Positions 38,017-49,200 of a stretch of 64,000 nt of DNA are shown here, one piece after another (position 1 is the first letter of the stretch; each line of letters opens with the position of its first letter). This stretch comes from an uncultured Candidatus Binatia bacterium. Lineage in GTDB: Bacteria; Desulfobacterota; Binatia; Bin18. The stretch lies in assembly GCA_965200965.1 (NCBI GenBank), contig OZ241744.1, positions 2,944,001-3,008,000 on the forward strand, written 5' to 3'. The translations under genes were made by a program, and so were the position numbers. A model generated the notes under the pieces. The model made no database searches. It saw only the letters and a list, made by a program, of their open reading frames with translations, and was not told the origin of the DNA.

Positions 38017-39192
38017 TTATCCCACCTCAATGCTTGGGAGTCTCTCAATAATCCGAGCTTGCAAAACCTTGTATCCTTGAGCGCCAGAAAACTGGCCGCT
38101 AACGCCCTCAGAACCACTTTTCCAAAAGTCGGCACCCTCAACAAAGACGCCTTCTGAATTGCGTCCCCCCATTTCAAGCGGTGTCCTCATAATTTCAGCG
38201 TATCTAGCCGGATCAAAGACAGAGTAACCTTTCGATACCATTATAGCCAACACGTTGACCAGGACCGCATGTAGCTGGGTCACCCCCAATGTACCCTGCA
38301 AGTTGTACCGTTCAGGGTCCTGCATAGCCTCTGGAAGAATCTGCTTGATGCCTTCCCAATATGCCTGGAGAACCTTGGATTGCTGGTCTTTATCGCCGAG
38401 TGCCTGGAAAACCCCAGGCAGTTCCACCAAAGGTTTCAGCGACTTCGTCATACCATTGTTCTTGATCAAAGTATCACCCTTTTTGTCGCCCGGGTATCGT
38501 ATTTTGCCGCGCCAAATTTCCGATTTCGAGAGTTTGTCGGTCAACTTACCGGCCTCTACTATCCACGCCTTCCCGGTTTCGATCAGATGGTCTCTAACCG
38601 CTTCAGATTTCTCCGCCCGTTGCCCCAGCAACTCATACGCCAAGCCGGTAGGTATACTCTTGGCGTTGCTGTTGACCACATGAAATTCGTTCATTTCCCC
38701 GTCTCGGTCTGCGCCAAGCAGGCACACGAACGGCAAAGAGTAGCCTTCCCATTCCTCAGCGTTTTCTTTGTTTTCCTTGAAGAGAGAAACCGACGCTTCT
38801 ACTCGATGCTGACCGTCCACCACATACAGGCGGTCGTCAGGGGAAAGCACCAACTCAGTCTGCTCGGCCAAAATGTTGAGGTGGCAGCTCTCATTGAAGT
38901 CTCTCAGGTTCAGGAGAATCGCTGTGGGAAGGTCAACTCGACGATCTTCCAAATCCTTCTTGAGAGAATTGACCCGACCCGAGGTAGGCATACGTTGATA
39001 CCCTTCTTGATTGTCGGGCGTTCGACGATCAACCTCGAAAAGTTTGGCAAGGACTGGAACTGGTATGGAACCGATGGCGATTCGCCTGCCTTTTTGCGAG
39101 ATCCAATCGTTATCGTTATACCTGAGATCCGGTAGCTCTTGCACAATAATGGGTAGCCGGTAAGCCTCCGTGGTCGTTTTCTGAATAGCCAT
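38017..39192 (-). CDS. DGQHR domain (DndB/ParB-like) protein
   Basis: GYQR, PTAILLN, VVDGQHR, F.VVN..AK; ATG after AAAGGAGG; AT-richer than flanks. Confidence 0.88.
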   Translation of the reverse strand: MAIQKTTTEAYRLPIIVQELPDLRYNDNDWISQKGRRIAIGSIPVPVLAKLFEVDRRTPDNQEGYQRMPTSGRVNSLKKDLEDRRVDLPTAILLNLRDFNESCHLNILAEQTELVLSPDDRLYVVDGQHRVEASVSLFKENKENAEEWEGYSLPFVCLLGADRDGEMNEFHVVNSNAKSIPTGLAYELLGQRAEKSEAVRDHLIETGKAWIVEAGKLTDKLSKSEIWRGKIRYPGDKKGDTLIKNNGMTKSLKPLVELPGVFQALGDKDQQSKVLQAYWEGIKQILPEAMQDPERYNLQGTLGVTQLHAVLVNVLAIMVSKGYSVFDPARYAEIMRTPLEMGGRNSEGVFVEGADFWKSGSEGVSGQFSGAQGYKVLQARIIERLPSIEVG

Positions 39193-39377
39193 TGCAGTTC
39201 CTCCTTTCTGGCATCTTGATTCAGGATAGCGATTTGAAAACACGCTGTCACTATTTGATTCGTTATTTTGCATCAAAAATTTGATTCACGAAGAGCTTTG
39301 ACGTTCTGTCGCCATCTGGTTCGCCTTGACTCTCCCCGCAAGAATTGCGACCTTGGGAGAGACAAGGAGGTCCGGTC

Positions 39378-39488
39378 ATGTCCCCCAGACTGACGCCATT
39401 GGTCAAAGAGATGACGGACGGCGTGATGTTTGACATTTCGCAGACCGGCTGGGTCGGCCCCGACCATCGCCGTGAGAAGCAATCCTGA
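39378..39488 (+). pseudogene. 36-aa ORF, probable internally deleted VOC-family remnant
   Basis: AAGGAGG + MSPRLTPLVKEMTDGVMFDISQTGWVGPDHRREKQS; DG..FDIS..GW resembles VOC protein C-termini. Confidence 0.4.
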
Positions 39489-39511
39489 GCAGTCTGGTAA
39501 TAAAGGGAGGA

Positions 39512-40381
39512 ATGAGGATGAACACATCTCAGATTGGCGTGGTCAAAGACTTGTTTCGTTATCCGGTGAAATCCATGCTGGGGGAACGTCTCGGCGAGCT
39601 TGACATCGGCCCTACGGGCGTACTTGGAGACCGCGCCTACGCCCTGCGCGAGGCCAACGGCCGGGTAGTGACGGCCAAGAAGTGGGCGCAGATGTTGGAG
39701 TTCTCGGCCCGCTATGAAACCCCACCCACCACGGCTGGCTTGGCCCCGCTCAGCATCAGCCTGCCGGACGGGCGGCAGGTGCAGGCCGAGGCTCCGGACG
39801 CCTCGGCCACGCTGTCCGACGCGCTCGGACGCCAGGTCACGCTCGAGCGCGCCCAGAGCGAGCAGCGCAACAAGGCCGAGATTGATCCGGCCACGGTCTT
39901 TGGTGACGTGCCGCTCAAAGAGGCCGCGCCTGAGTTTGCCGCCAAGCCGCTGCCCGACTTTTTCCCCCTGCCGCCCGGCACCTTTTTTGACTCGGCCAGC
40001 ATTCATGTCCTGGCCAGCGGTACGCTGGCCCATGTGGCCACGCTGATTGGCGACGACGCGCAGCTTGAGGCGCGCCGTTTTCGGCCCAATATCGTCGTTG
40101 AGACCGCCGCCGGACAAGCGGGCTTTGTTGAGGATGACTGGCTGGAAGGCAGCCTTGAGATCGGCCGGCAGCTCACGATCGTCCAGCTCCAGCCGGCCCT
40201 GCGGTGCGTGATGACCACCCACCAACAGGAGGAGCTCAAGCGCGATATGCGGATTCTGCGCACGGTCGCCCGGCAGCATCACAACAAGCTCGGCGTGTTT
40301 GCCGCGGTCGGCAGGCCCGGTACAGTCCGGGTTGGCGATCCGGTCTTCCTGCTCAAAGACCCGTCCGGCACAAGATCATGA
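39512..40381 (+). CDS. MOSC domain protein
   Basis: RYPVKSM.GE, GDR.YAL, RRFRPNIV, RCVMTT. Confidence 0.92.
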   Translation: MRMNTSQIGVVKDLFRYPVKSMLGERLGELDIGPTGVLGDRAYALREANGRVVTAKKWAQMLEFSARYETPPTTAGLAPLSISLPDGRQVQAEAPDASATLSDALGRQVTLERAQSEQRNKAEIDPATVFGDVPLKEAAPEFAAKPLPDFFPLPPGTFFDSASIHVLASGTLAHVATLIGDDAQLEARRFRPNIVVETAAGQAGFVEDDWLEGSLEIGRQLTIVQLQPALRCVMTTHQQEELKRDMRILRTVARQHHNKLGVFAAVGRPGTVRVGDPVFLLKDPSGTRS

Positions 40382-41112
40382 CACTTGACGAACAGATTCG
40401 ACAGGCCAGAATTGACCTGACCGCGGCCCTGCGCTGGGCGGACCGGCTGGGGCTTGGCGAGGGCATCTGTAATCACTTCAGTCTGGCCGTGCCCGGCGCG
40501 ACCGATCGTTTCCTGCTCAACCCCCAGGGTCTCCACTGGTCCGAACTATCCGTCAGCGACCTGCTCAGCGTCGATGTGGCCGGCCACATCGTTGAAGGCC
40601 ACGGCCAGACCGAGCCGACCGCGTTTTTTATTCACTCCTGCATCCACCTCAGCCACCCGTCAGCCAAATGCGTCCTCCACACCCACATGCCGTATGCGGC
40701 CGCGTTGTGCGCGCTTGACCGCGGCCGGCTTGAATGGGTCAGCCAGCAATCGCTGCGGTTCTACGAGCGGGTCGCGTATGAACACGAGTACAAGGGCCTG
40801 GCCCTTGACGAGGCCGAGGGGCAGCGGATCAGCGACAAGCTCACCACCAACACAGTGGTCTTTCTGGCCAACCACGGGGTGATCGTCACCGGGCCGGATG
40901 TGGCTACCGCGTTTGACGACCTGTACTATCTGGAGCGGGCATGCATGGTCCAGGTCCTGGCCCAGTCCACCGGCCGGCCGCTCAAACGCCTCCCCGCCGA
41001 GGTCTGCCGGCGCGCCCGCCGGCAGTTCGAGACCGAACGCACACAGGCCCACTCGCACCTCGAAGCCATCAAACGGATGCTGCGCCGCGAGACGCCCGAG
41101 TTTTTGGAATAG
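40378..41112 (+). CDS. Class II aldolase/adducin family
   Basis: CNHFS, FFIH..IH, LHTH, NHG. Confidence 0.9.
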   Translation: MTLDEQIRQARIDLTAALRWADRLGLGEGICNHFSLAVPGATDRFLLNPQGLHWSELSVSDLLSVDVAGHIVEGHGQTEPTAFFIHSCIHLSHPSAKCVLHTHMPYAAALCALDRGRLEWVSQQSLRFYERVAYEHEYKGLALDEAEGQRISDKLTTNTVVFLANHGVIVTGPDVATAFDDLYYLERACMVQVLAQSTGRPLKRLPAEVCRRARRQFETERTQAHSHLEAIKRMLRRETPEFLE

Positions 41113-41180
41113 GGTCTGGCCAAGCCTGTTGTTGCCAGCCGAGACAATGCTATACACCTGATAAGAAGGAGGGACGATGT

Positions 41181-42182
41181 ATGGCAAAAGACTTTACCAT
41201 CTGCGTAGGAACGGTCGGGGCGGGCGTGTGGTACAGTTCAAACGGCGGGGACAACTGGCGCAGGAGCAAAATGAACCTGCCCTTTGCCGATGAGCCGGGT
41301 GAAATCCAAATACGGGCCCTGGCCGTTTCGCCCCACAACCCGAGCCAGATCTATGCCGGCTCTGAGGCCGGCATCTACCGCAGCAACGACCGGGGAGCGA
41401 GCTGGGACTATATTGAGTCGCCCATGTACGGCAAGCAGATCTGGTCGGTGGCGGTCAGCCCGGACGATCCAAACGAGGTGTGGACCGGCACCAAACCGCC
41501 GGCCGTGTACCGTACCACAGACGGGGGCCAGACCTGGGAGCGGGCCGCGGTCGAGACGGCCAAGGAATGCCTGGCCGGTGCTCCCAAGGTGACGAACATT
41601 ACCTTTGACCCCCGGGACTCCAGAACGCTGTGGGTTGGGGTTGAGATTGACGGCGTATATCGCAGCCAGGACCACGGGGAGAGCTGGGAGCGTCTGCCCG
41701 ACCTCGGCGACAGCGTCCTCAACCAGGATGTCCACGGCCTGACCATCAGCAACGGGCCGGAGCCGAAGGTGCTGGTGTCAACGCCGGACGGCATTTGGTC
41801 CAGCCCCAACGAGGGAAAAAACTGGGCCTTGCACGGCTTTCCCCGTTTTTACGAAAAAGACCAGATTTCCTACTGCCGCGGCATAGCCGTCAAAGCCGAC
41901 GACCCGGATACCATCTTTGTCGGCAACGGCGATTTTGTGCCGGGCAAGATCGGGGCCATCCAGCGTTCGACCGATGGGGGCAGAACCTGGCGGGCGGCCG
42001 ACCTGCCGGTGACGCCGAACTCAACGATCTACTGGTTTGGTACCCATCCGGCCGACCCGGACATCATCGTGGCCAACAGCCTGCACGGCTATGTGTATAC
42101 CAGCACCAATGGTGGCACCTCGTGGGAAAAGGTTGAGCGTGAGTTTGGCGAGATCCGGGCCATCGCCTGGACACCGAACTAG
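41181..42182 (+). CDS. BNR/Asp-box repeat beta-propeller protein
   Basis: Repeated S.DGG.TW (Asp-box) motifs. Confidence 0.85.
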   Translation: MAKDFTICVGTVGAGVWYSSNGGDNWRRSKMNLPFADEPGEIQIRALAVSPHNPSQIYAGSEAGIYRSNDRGASWDYIESPMYGKQIWSVAVSPDDPNEVWTGTKPPAVYRTTDGGQTWERAAVETAKECLAGAPKVTNITFDPRDSRTLWVGVEIDGVYRSQDHGESWERLPDLGDSVLNQDVHGLTISNGPEPKVLVSTPDGIWSSPNEGKNWALHGFPRFYEKDQISYCRGIAVKADDPDTIFVGNGDFVPGKIGAIQRSTDGGRTWRAADLPVTPNSTIYWFGTHPADPDIIVANSLHGYVYTSTNGGTSWEKVEREFGEIRAIAWTPN

Positions 42183-42247
42183 CCCACCTGGGAGCGGCCA
42201 CCCGCTGTCCCGCCAGCGCTGAACTTCGCCCCACGGGATTTATGAGA

Positions 42248-42670
42248 TGGACGGCTTTGACGAGGCCACACAACGCCTGCCGAATGACCGGGACATGGCC
42301 CGCATCCTGAAGCGCTTCCACGGGACGATGCAGGCCGGAGCCACCGGCTGGTCTCGCGCAGCACGCTCCAGTGCGACTACGGCGGCACACCGATGATTTC
42401 GGACATCCTGCCCAAGGACTTCTGTCTGACCCTGGCCCGCAAGCCGGGCAAAAGCGGCGGGGACGGCTTTATCCGGATTACGCAGTCCACGGTCGAGGCC
42501 GGCATTTGGTATGAACAGCGACATCGACTTCAGCACCCGGATGGTATCGGAGAGCGGCTGCTCGGTGCTGTTCACCGCCATTGTGGCCAACGGCGAGCCG
42601 CTTTTTGAGGATGGGAGTTGCACCGGGGCAACCCTGGGCAAACTCCTGCGTAACGGCCAGGCCGGGTAGA
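42248..42670 (+). pseudogene. Fragmented D-aminoacylase-like amidohydrolase remnant
   Basis: Across frames: GFDEATQRLP...MQAGATGWS / QCDYGGTPMISD...GFIRIT / ...IVANGEPLFEDGSCTGATLGKLLRNG*, where the last part resembles the C-termini of the two intact paralogs. Confidence 0.55.
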
Positions 42671-42735
42671 GCCGGTCCGGCAGCCTGCCCCCCGGGCCCT
42701 GCCTGGCCCGGGGGTGCCTGTATTGGAGGAACGCT

Positions 42736-43704
42736 ATGGACATGACACACCGGCTGGACCCGGAACTGACCGGCCCGCTCAACACTTGGCTCAAAGTTAC
42801 CGGCGGCGGGATCAGGCTGCACGACATTCCAGCCGCACGGCGGATGATGGACGACCTGGTGGCAGCCCAAATGGCCAAGGTGGCACCGATTGAGGGGATC
42901 AGCGCTGAGGACCATCAGGTGCCCGGTCCCGAGGGTGGACCCGAGGTCTTTGTGCGGGTCTATCAGCCCGAGGACCGACCGGCCAGCCTGCCCGCCCTGG
43001 TATGGATTCATGGTGGCGGCTATGTCCTGGGCAGTGTTGAACGGGACGATGTGCTGGCCAGACACCTGTCTGGGGTCGGGCAGTGCCTGGTGGCCTCGGT
43101 CGAGTACCGGCTGGCCCCCGAGCATCCCTTTCCGGCCCCGGTTGAGGACTGCTACGCCGCGCTGAAGTGGCTGGCGGCCCACAGCGATGACTTTGGGGTC
43201 GATCGGTCGCGGATCGCCATTGGCGGAGCGAGTGCGGGCGGGGGGCTGGCCGCGGGTCTGGCCCTGCTGACCCGCGACCGGGCCGAGGTCGAGCTGTGCT
43301 TTCAACTGCTGATCTATCCCATGATCGACGACCGCAACGTTGCCGCGGCCAGCCACACACGGCCGGATACCCTGGTGTGGAGCCGGGAGAACAACCTGAT
43401 GGGCTGGCACGCCTATCTCGGTCGTGAGCCGGGCGGGCCGGAAGTCTCGCCGTATGCCGCCGCGGCCCGGGCGACCGATCTCCGCGGCTTGCCGCCGGCC
43501 TATATTCCGGTCGGCGACCTGGACCTGTTCCTGGATGAGAATATGAGCTACGCACAGCGGCTGCTGGCGGCCGGGGTGCCGACCGAACTGCATATCTATC
43601 CGGGCGGCTTTCACGGCTTCAACGGCTTTGTGCCCGGGGCGCAGATCTCGCAGCGCTTTAATACCGAGCGCGACAAGACCCTCAGACGTATGCTCCACCG
43701 CTGA
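42736..43704 (+). CDS. Alpha/beta hydrolase (HSL-type esterase)
   Basis: HGGG, YRLAPEH, GASAG, D, HGF. Confidence 0.93.
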   Translation: MDMTHRLDPELTGPLNTWLKVTGGGIRLHDIPAARRMMDDLVAAQMAKVAPIEGISAEDHQVPGPEGGPEVFVRVYQPEDRPASLPALVWIHGGGYVLGSVERDDVLARHLSGVGQCLVASVEYRLAPEHPFPAPVEDCYAALKWLAAHSDDFGVDRSRIAIGGASAGGGLAAGLALLTRDRAEVELCFQLLIYPMIDDRNVAAASHTRPDTLVWSRENNLMGWHAYLGREPGGPEVSPYAAAARATDLRGLPPAYIPVGDLDLFLDENMSYAQRLLAAGVPTELHIYPGGFHGFNGFVPGAQISQRFNTERDKTLRRMLHR

Positions 43705-43794
43705 CCGCCCCCGCCCGTCCGGCGTCGGCCCGGCCCTCGTATCCGCTCGCCCATAGTCGCCGGGTTCGGCGAATGGCGGGACGGCCCTTTCGGC

Positions 43795-44448
43795 TCAGTG
43801 GGGGGTCAGCGCCATCGCCATCATGACCGAACGCTCAATCTCGGCGATCACGCCGGCGACTTCGCGGCCGATCAGGTCCATCTTGCGCAGTTGCCGAACG
43901 CGGGGAGCGGCCCGCTCGATCTCCCGGGCGGAGAAGATGTCGGGCAGGAAGTTGCAGGCATCAACCAGACAGATGAGGGCGACATCCCTGGGGTCAGGGG
44001 TATCGTCAGACAGCAACACGTCTGCAATCCGCAGCCTGACCTCGCGTTCGACCCGCCCGTCAATCGTCGGATAGCGGCGTGAACGGAAGACCCACAGAAA
44101 CTTCTCGTCCTGCGCCTCCAGAATGCCGCGCTCAATCAGACTGGCCAGGGCCTGCCGCCGGATTTCGGTCGCCCCCTGCCCGGCTAACTCCTCTATCCAG
44201 CCTTTGGTGTCCTGTGTTTCGCCGGAATCCGCAATACGGTCCAGGACCCGGTCGAGCATGGGGTTGCCGGTCGGTGTCCGGTCGAGGCACACGAGGCGCT
44301 CTGGGTCGGTGTCAATGCGGTTGGCGAAGGCCAGATCAATCAGGACCGCGCCGGCAAGGACATGTTCCACCGAGCCACCGCGAACTGGCAGGAACATCCC
44401 GTCGTCGTCCAGCATCAACAGCAATATCTCTTCGGCGAAGGTCAGCAC
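43795..44448 (-). CDS. GPP34/GOLPH3 (Vps74) family protein
   Basis: LTFAEEILLLMLDD, AGAVL.DL, KFLWVF..RRYP, P.PRD..LI.L. Confidence 0.85.
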   Translation of the reverse strand: MLTFAEEILLLMLDDDGMFLPVRGGSVEHVLAGAVLIDLAFANRIDTDPERLVCLDRTPTGNPMLDRVLDRIADSGETQDTKGWIEELAGQGATEIRRQALASLIERGILEAQDEKFLWVFRSRRYPTIDGRVEREVRLRIADVLLSDDTPDPRDVALICLVDACNFLPDIFSAREIERAAPRVRQLRKMDLIGREVAGVIAEIERSVMMAMALTPH

Positions 44449-44457
44449 GATGCATCC

Positions 44458-44793
44458 TCACGACTCTGCCGCCAGAGCGGCTTCGCGCGTGTCGTAGTGC
44501 TTGAGCATCGTCAGGAAGCCGCTGATCTCCATGACCGATTTACACCCCGGCTGGAGCGCACAGATCGTCAGCTTGCCGCCGCCCTGCTGGCATTTTTTGG
44601 CCCCAACAAGCACGGCCCGCAGGCCGGCACTGCTGATGTAGTTCATCTTGCCGCAGTCAAGCAGAATGCGGGGATCGCCGCGGGCGATGATCTCCGAAAT
44701 ACGCTTCTCCACGTCCGGCGCGCTGAAGCCGTCAACACGTCCGTCAAGCGCGACAACGACCACCGAATCTTCAGTTGTCTCTTCGATTTCCAT
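44458..44793 (-). CDS. STAS domain anti-sigma factor antagonist
   Basis: L.GRVD, LDC..MNYISSAGLR, EISGF. Confidence 0.92.
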   Translation of the reverse strand: MEIEETTEDSVVVVALDGRVDGFSAPDVEKRISEIIARGDPRILLDCGKMNYISSAGLRAVLVGAKKCQQGGGKLTICALQPGCKSVMEISGFLTMLKHYDTREAALAAES

Positions 44794-44992
44794 TGGGCAA
44801 CCTTTCCCTTCAATCTCGATGTGGACACCCACGTTCAATCGTCAACAGCGGGGTTCGCCCGCCCCTCAGACAGGTGTCCATAGCACGACGGCTGAGAGAC
44901 GGCAACCCGTCGTGAGAGCGGCAATTCGTCACCTTGGCGAGGCCGGCAATTAGTGGCAGAATACGCGAACATTCCAGCAATCACACGAGGAG

Positions 44993-46219
44993 ATGAGTAT
45001 GCACAACGGGATTCTCTCAGGACTGCGGGTGATCGACTGTGGAACCTATGTCGCCGGACCGGCCTCGACCACAATCATGTCGGATTTCGGGGCCGAGGTG
45101 GTCAAAATTGAGCGGCCTCAAGGCGGGGACCTGTACCGCTTCATGGGCGAGCTGCCAGGGTTTGCCAGGGCCGAGCTCAACTGGCCCTGGATTCTGACCA
45201 GCCGCAACAAGAAGAGCGTCGCCCTTGACCTTGATTTGGACCAGGGCCGGGAAGCCCTCATCCGTCTGGTCAAAACCGCGGACGTGTTTGTCACCAACTA
45301 CCAACACCCGCTGCTCGCCAGGTTCCGGCTGAACTGGGACGATCTGCGGCCCGAGAACGAACGCCTCATCTACGCCCATCTGACCGGCTATGGCGATACG
45401 GGTGAGGACGCCGACGCGCCGACCTTTGACGCGCTGGCATATTGGGCGCGCTCGGGCTTGATGATGAGCGTAGTCGGCATGGATGGCACGCCCGGCGGTC
45501 CACGGCCGGGCATGGGCGATCACCCGACCTCGGTGTCGCTGTTCGGGGCCATCATGCTCGGTCTGTACCACCGCGAGCGGACCGGACAGGGGCTCAAGGT
45601 CGGGACCTCGCTGCTGGCCAGCGGTGCCTGGGCCAATGCCTGCGACCTCCAGGCCAGCTTCTGCAAGGCCAGTTTTCCGGAACGCCGCAGCGACGGTACG
45701 CCCCCCAACCCGCTGGCGGCCGGCTATCGGAGCCGCGACGGCAAAGCCTTTCTGGTGGTGCTGCTCGACCCGGACAAGGAGTTCCCCAATCTGTGCGCAG
45801 CACTCGGTCAGGCCGAGCTGGCTACCAACCCGCTGTTCACCACCAATGAGGCCAGAGCGGAAAACGCCGCGGCCCTGTTCGCCATTCTGCAATCGCAGTT
45901 TGAGTCGCGCGATCTGGCCGAATGGCGCGGGCTGTTCAAGCGGTCTGATATCAAATGGGCCCCCCTGCCCCGGCGCGACGAGGTGCTTGAAGACCCCCAG
46001 ATGCGGGCCGCCGGGGCGTTTATTGACCTGGAGTACCCCGGCCACGGGCAATTGACGACCATCAACAGCCCTATTTTTACCAGCGCCGGCGACAAGCGAC
46101 CGCCGACCGCGGCCCCGCAGCTCGGCGCACATACCCGCGCCGTGTTGCAAGACCTGGGCTATAGCGAGGAGGCAATTGCCGGCCTCATCGAGAATGGCAC
46201 CGCGGCCACGGGCGATTGA
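44993..46219 (+). CDS. CoA-transferase family III
   Basis: SDFGAEVVKIE, RNKKSVALDL, GMGD, LGAHT. Confidence 0.92.
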   Translation: MSMHNGILSGLRVIDCGTYVAGPASTTIMSDFGAEVVKIERPQGGDLYRFMGELPGFARAELNWPWILTSRNKKSVALDLDLDQGREALIRLVKTADVFVTNYQHPLLARFRLNWDDLRPENERLIYAHLTGYGDTGEDADAPTFDALAYWARSGLMMSVVGMDGTPGGPRPGMGDHPTSVSLFGAIMLGLYHRERTGQGLKVGTSLLASGAWANACDLQASFCKASFPERRSDGTPPNPLAAGYRSRDGKAFLVVLLDPDKEFPNLCAALGQAELATNPLFTTNEARAENAAALFAILQSQFESRDLAEWRGLFKRSDIKWAPLPRRDEVLEDPQMRAAGAFIDLEYPGHGQLTTINSPIFTSAGDKRPPTAAPQLGAHTRAVLQDLGYSEEAIAGLIENGTAATGD

Positions 46220-49200
46220 TGAACCTGAGCGGCGCAGTCGAGACCTACCTGAGCGAGTTGGGCCGGGTGCGGGCCTCGGGCGGGGCCACCGGCGAGCGGT
46301 CCTTTTATGGGCCGCTCGCCAATCTGCTGAACGCCATTGGGAGTGCGCTCAGGCCCAAGGTCGTCTGCGTTGGCGAGCTGGCCGACCAGGGGGCCGGCCA
46401 TCCCGACTTTGGCCTGTACGCGGCCAGGCAACTCCAGAAGAACCAGCCCAAGCAGGGGCAAATTCCAGAACGGGGTGTAGTTGAGGTCAAGGCCGCGGCT
46501 GACGACGCCTGGCTGACCGCGGCGAGCCAACAGGTCAGCCGCTATTGGAGCCGCTACCGGCTGGTGCTCGTCACCAATACGCACGATTTTGTGCTGCTTG
46601 GCGAGAACGCCGCCGGCGGGCCGGCCACGCTCGAAACCTTCCGCCTGGCTGACAACGCCGCGACATTCACCCGTCTGCTTGAAACGCCCCGGGCCTCCGC
46701 CGGCAAGCTCGGCCCCGGCCTCGGCGAATACCTGGCCCGTGCGCTCTCACACCGGGTGCGCCTGGCCGACCCCAAAGACCTGGCGTGGCTGCTGGCCTCC
46801 TACGCCCGTGACGCCCTGGCCCGGGTTGAGGCGGCCGGCGACGCCCCGCAACTCGCCACCATCCGCGCCGCGCTGGAAGAAGCCCTGGGCGTCCATTTTG
46901 AGGGCGAGCGCGGGGGCCGCTTCTTTCGCTCCACCCTGGTTCAGACCCTCTTCTACGGGGTGTTCTCGGCCTGGGTGTTATGGGCGCGGCAGCGGCCAGC
47001 ACCCGCCTTTGACTGGCGGCTTGCCGTGTGGCATCTGCGCGCACCCGTTTTGCGGGCACTGTTTCAACAACTGTCTGACCCCGGTCGTCTGCGTACGCTG
47101 GGCCTGGTCGAAGTCCTGGACTGGACCGCCGCGGCCCTCGACCGGGTAGACCGGGCGGCCTTCTTTACCCGCTTCAGCGAAGGCGACGCCGTGCCCTACT
47201 TCTATGAACCCTTTCTCCAGGCCTTTGACCCCGCACTCCGCAAGCAACTCGGTGTCTGGTACACGCCGGCCGAGGTGGTACGCTACATGGTTGCCCGCGT
47301 AGATGGTGCCCTCAAACACGACCTCGGCATTGCCGACGGCCTGGCCAGCGACAAGGTGTATGTCCTTGACCCGTGCTGCGGCACTGGGGCCTATCTGGCC
47401 GAGACGCTGCGCCGGATTGCCGCCAATCTCGCCGGCAAGGGCCTCGGCGCGCTGACCGGGGCGGCGATCAAGCGGGCAGCGACCGAGCGGGTGTTCGGCT
47501 TTGAGATTATGCCCGCCCCGTTTGTGGTGGCCCACTTGCAGGTCGGCCTGACCATGCAGGAGCTTGACGCCCCGCTCGCGGACGATAGCGCGGAACGCCC
47601 CGGGGTCTTCCTGACCAACGCCCTGACCGGCTGGGAGCCGCGGACAACCAAACCCCTGCCGTTTCCGGAACTCGAAGACGAGCGCGACCGGGCCGAGCAG
47701 GTCAAGCGCGACACGCCCATCCTGGTCATTCTGGGCAACCCGCCCTATAACGGCTTTGCCGGCATGGCCATAGACGAAGAACGCGAATTGTCCGACGCCT
47801 ACCGCACGACCACGCGCGTCCGCCGACCCGAAGGCCAGGGCTTGAATGACCTGTATGTGCGCTTCTTTCGCATGGCCGAGCGGCGGATTGCCAAGACCGG
47901 CCAGGGTGTGGTGTGCTTCATCTCCAACTATTCGTGGCTGGACGGCCTGTCGTTTACCGGGATGCGGGAGCGCTATCTCGAATCCTTTGACGCCATTCGG
48001 CTCGACTGCCTGAACGGCGACAAGTACAAGACCGGCAAAGTTGCGCCGGACGGGACGCCCGACCCCAGCATTTTTTCCACGCCCAGCGATACCGTCGGCA
48101 TCCAGGTCGGCACCGCCATTGCGACCCTGGTCCGCAAAGCCGACCACGCCCCGGCCCAGACCGCCGGCTTCCGCCACCTGTGGGGGCAGGCCAAGCGGGA
48201 CGCGCTGCTGGAGAGCGCAGAGACACACCCGGCCAGGCTGTACGATCCCCTCACCCCGGCCCTGCCGCTCGGCCTGCCGTTTACGCCGGCCGCGGTCAGC
48301 CCTGAGTGGTCGGCCTGGCCGGCCCTGCCCGAACTGCTCCCGGTGTCGTTTCCGGGGGTTAAGACCAGCCGGGATGGGTTTCTTGTCGATATTGATCTCG
48401 ACCGGCTGAAGGCACGGCTCTGCGACTACTTCAATCGGGCCCTGGGCCATGAAGAAATTGACCGGCGCTATCCCGTGGCGATGAAGACGACAGGCCGGTT
48501 TGACGCGCGGGCGGTGCGTGATGCCTTGCTCGCACGCGGAGGCCCCAATGAAGCGGGCTTTATCCGCTACGCCTACCGGCCTTTTGACAACCGTTGGCTC
48601 TATTGGGAGGGGGATACCAAGCTGCTTGACGAGAAGCGCACTGACTACAAGCACCACATCTTTGACGGCAATCTGAAGCTACTTGACCGCAACCGCGCCG
48701 ACTACAAGCCACATGTATTTGGTGGAAACCTGGGGCTGGTTACGCAGCAAAAGCCACGCCGAGAGTGGTCGCCTCCGCAAGTGATTTCACATATCGGTTG
48801 TTTGGATCTAATGGACCGGGGTGCCACTACGTTTCCGCTTCGGCTCCGCAACGACGGCGGCCTCGAAAGTGCCGGAAACAGCCCGCAACACCGGCCTAAC
48901 CTGTCAGCCGCCGCCCGTCGCTATCTCGACCGCCTCGGCGCAAGCGTGGAAGACCTGTTTCACCACATCCTGGCCGTGCTGCACGACCCCGCCTACCGGG
49001 AAGCCAACGCCGGTGCTCTGCGCATGGAATGGCCGCGCATCCCGCTGCCCGGCTGGCCCGACGGCGGGAACGATGCCGCGGCGGAAGCGCTGGCCCGGTC
49101 CGCGGCCCGGGGCCGGGAACTGGCCGGCCTGCTCGATCCCGACACGCGCGTGTCAGGCGTCACCCAAGGCGATTTACGCCCGGAACTTGCCGTGATTGCC

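Noticed and set aside
37769-38177. Small minus-strand ORFs downstream of the DGQHR gene
   Set aside because: They overlap neighbouring genes and have no RBS or motif.
44845-44945. Hairpin with CTGAGA as a possible TPP riboswitch
   Set aside because: Other conserved elements are missing and neighbouring genes are unrelated to thiamine.
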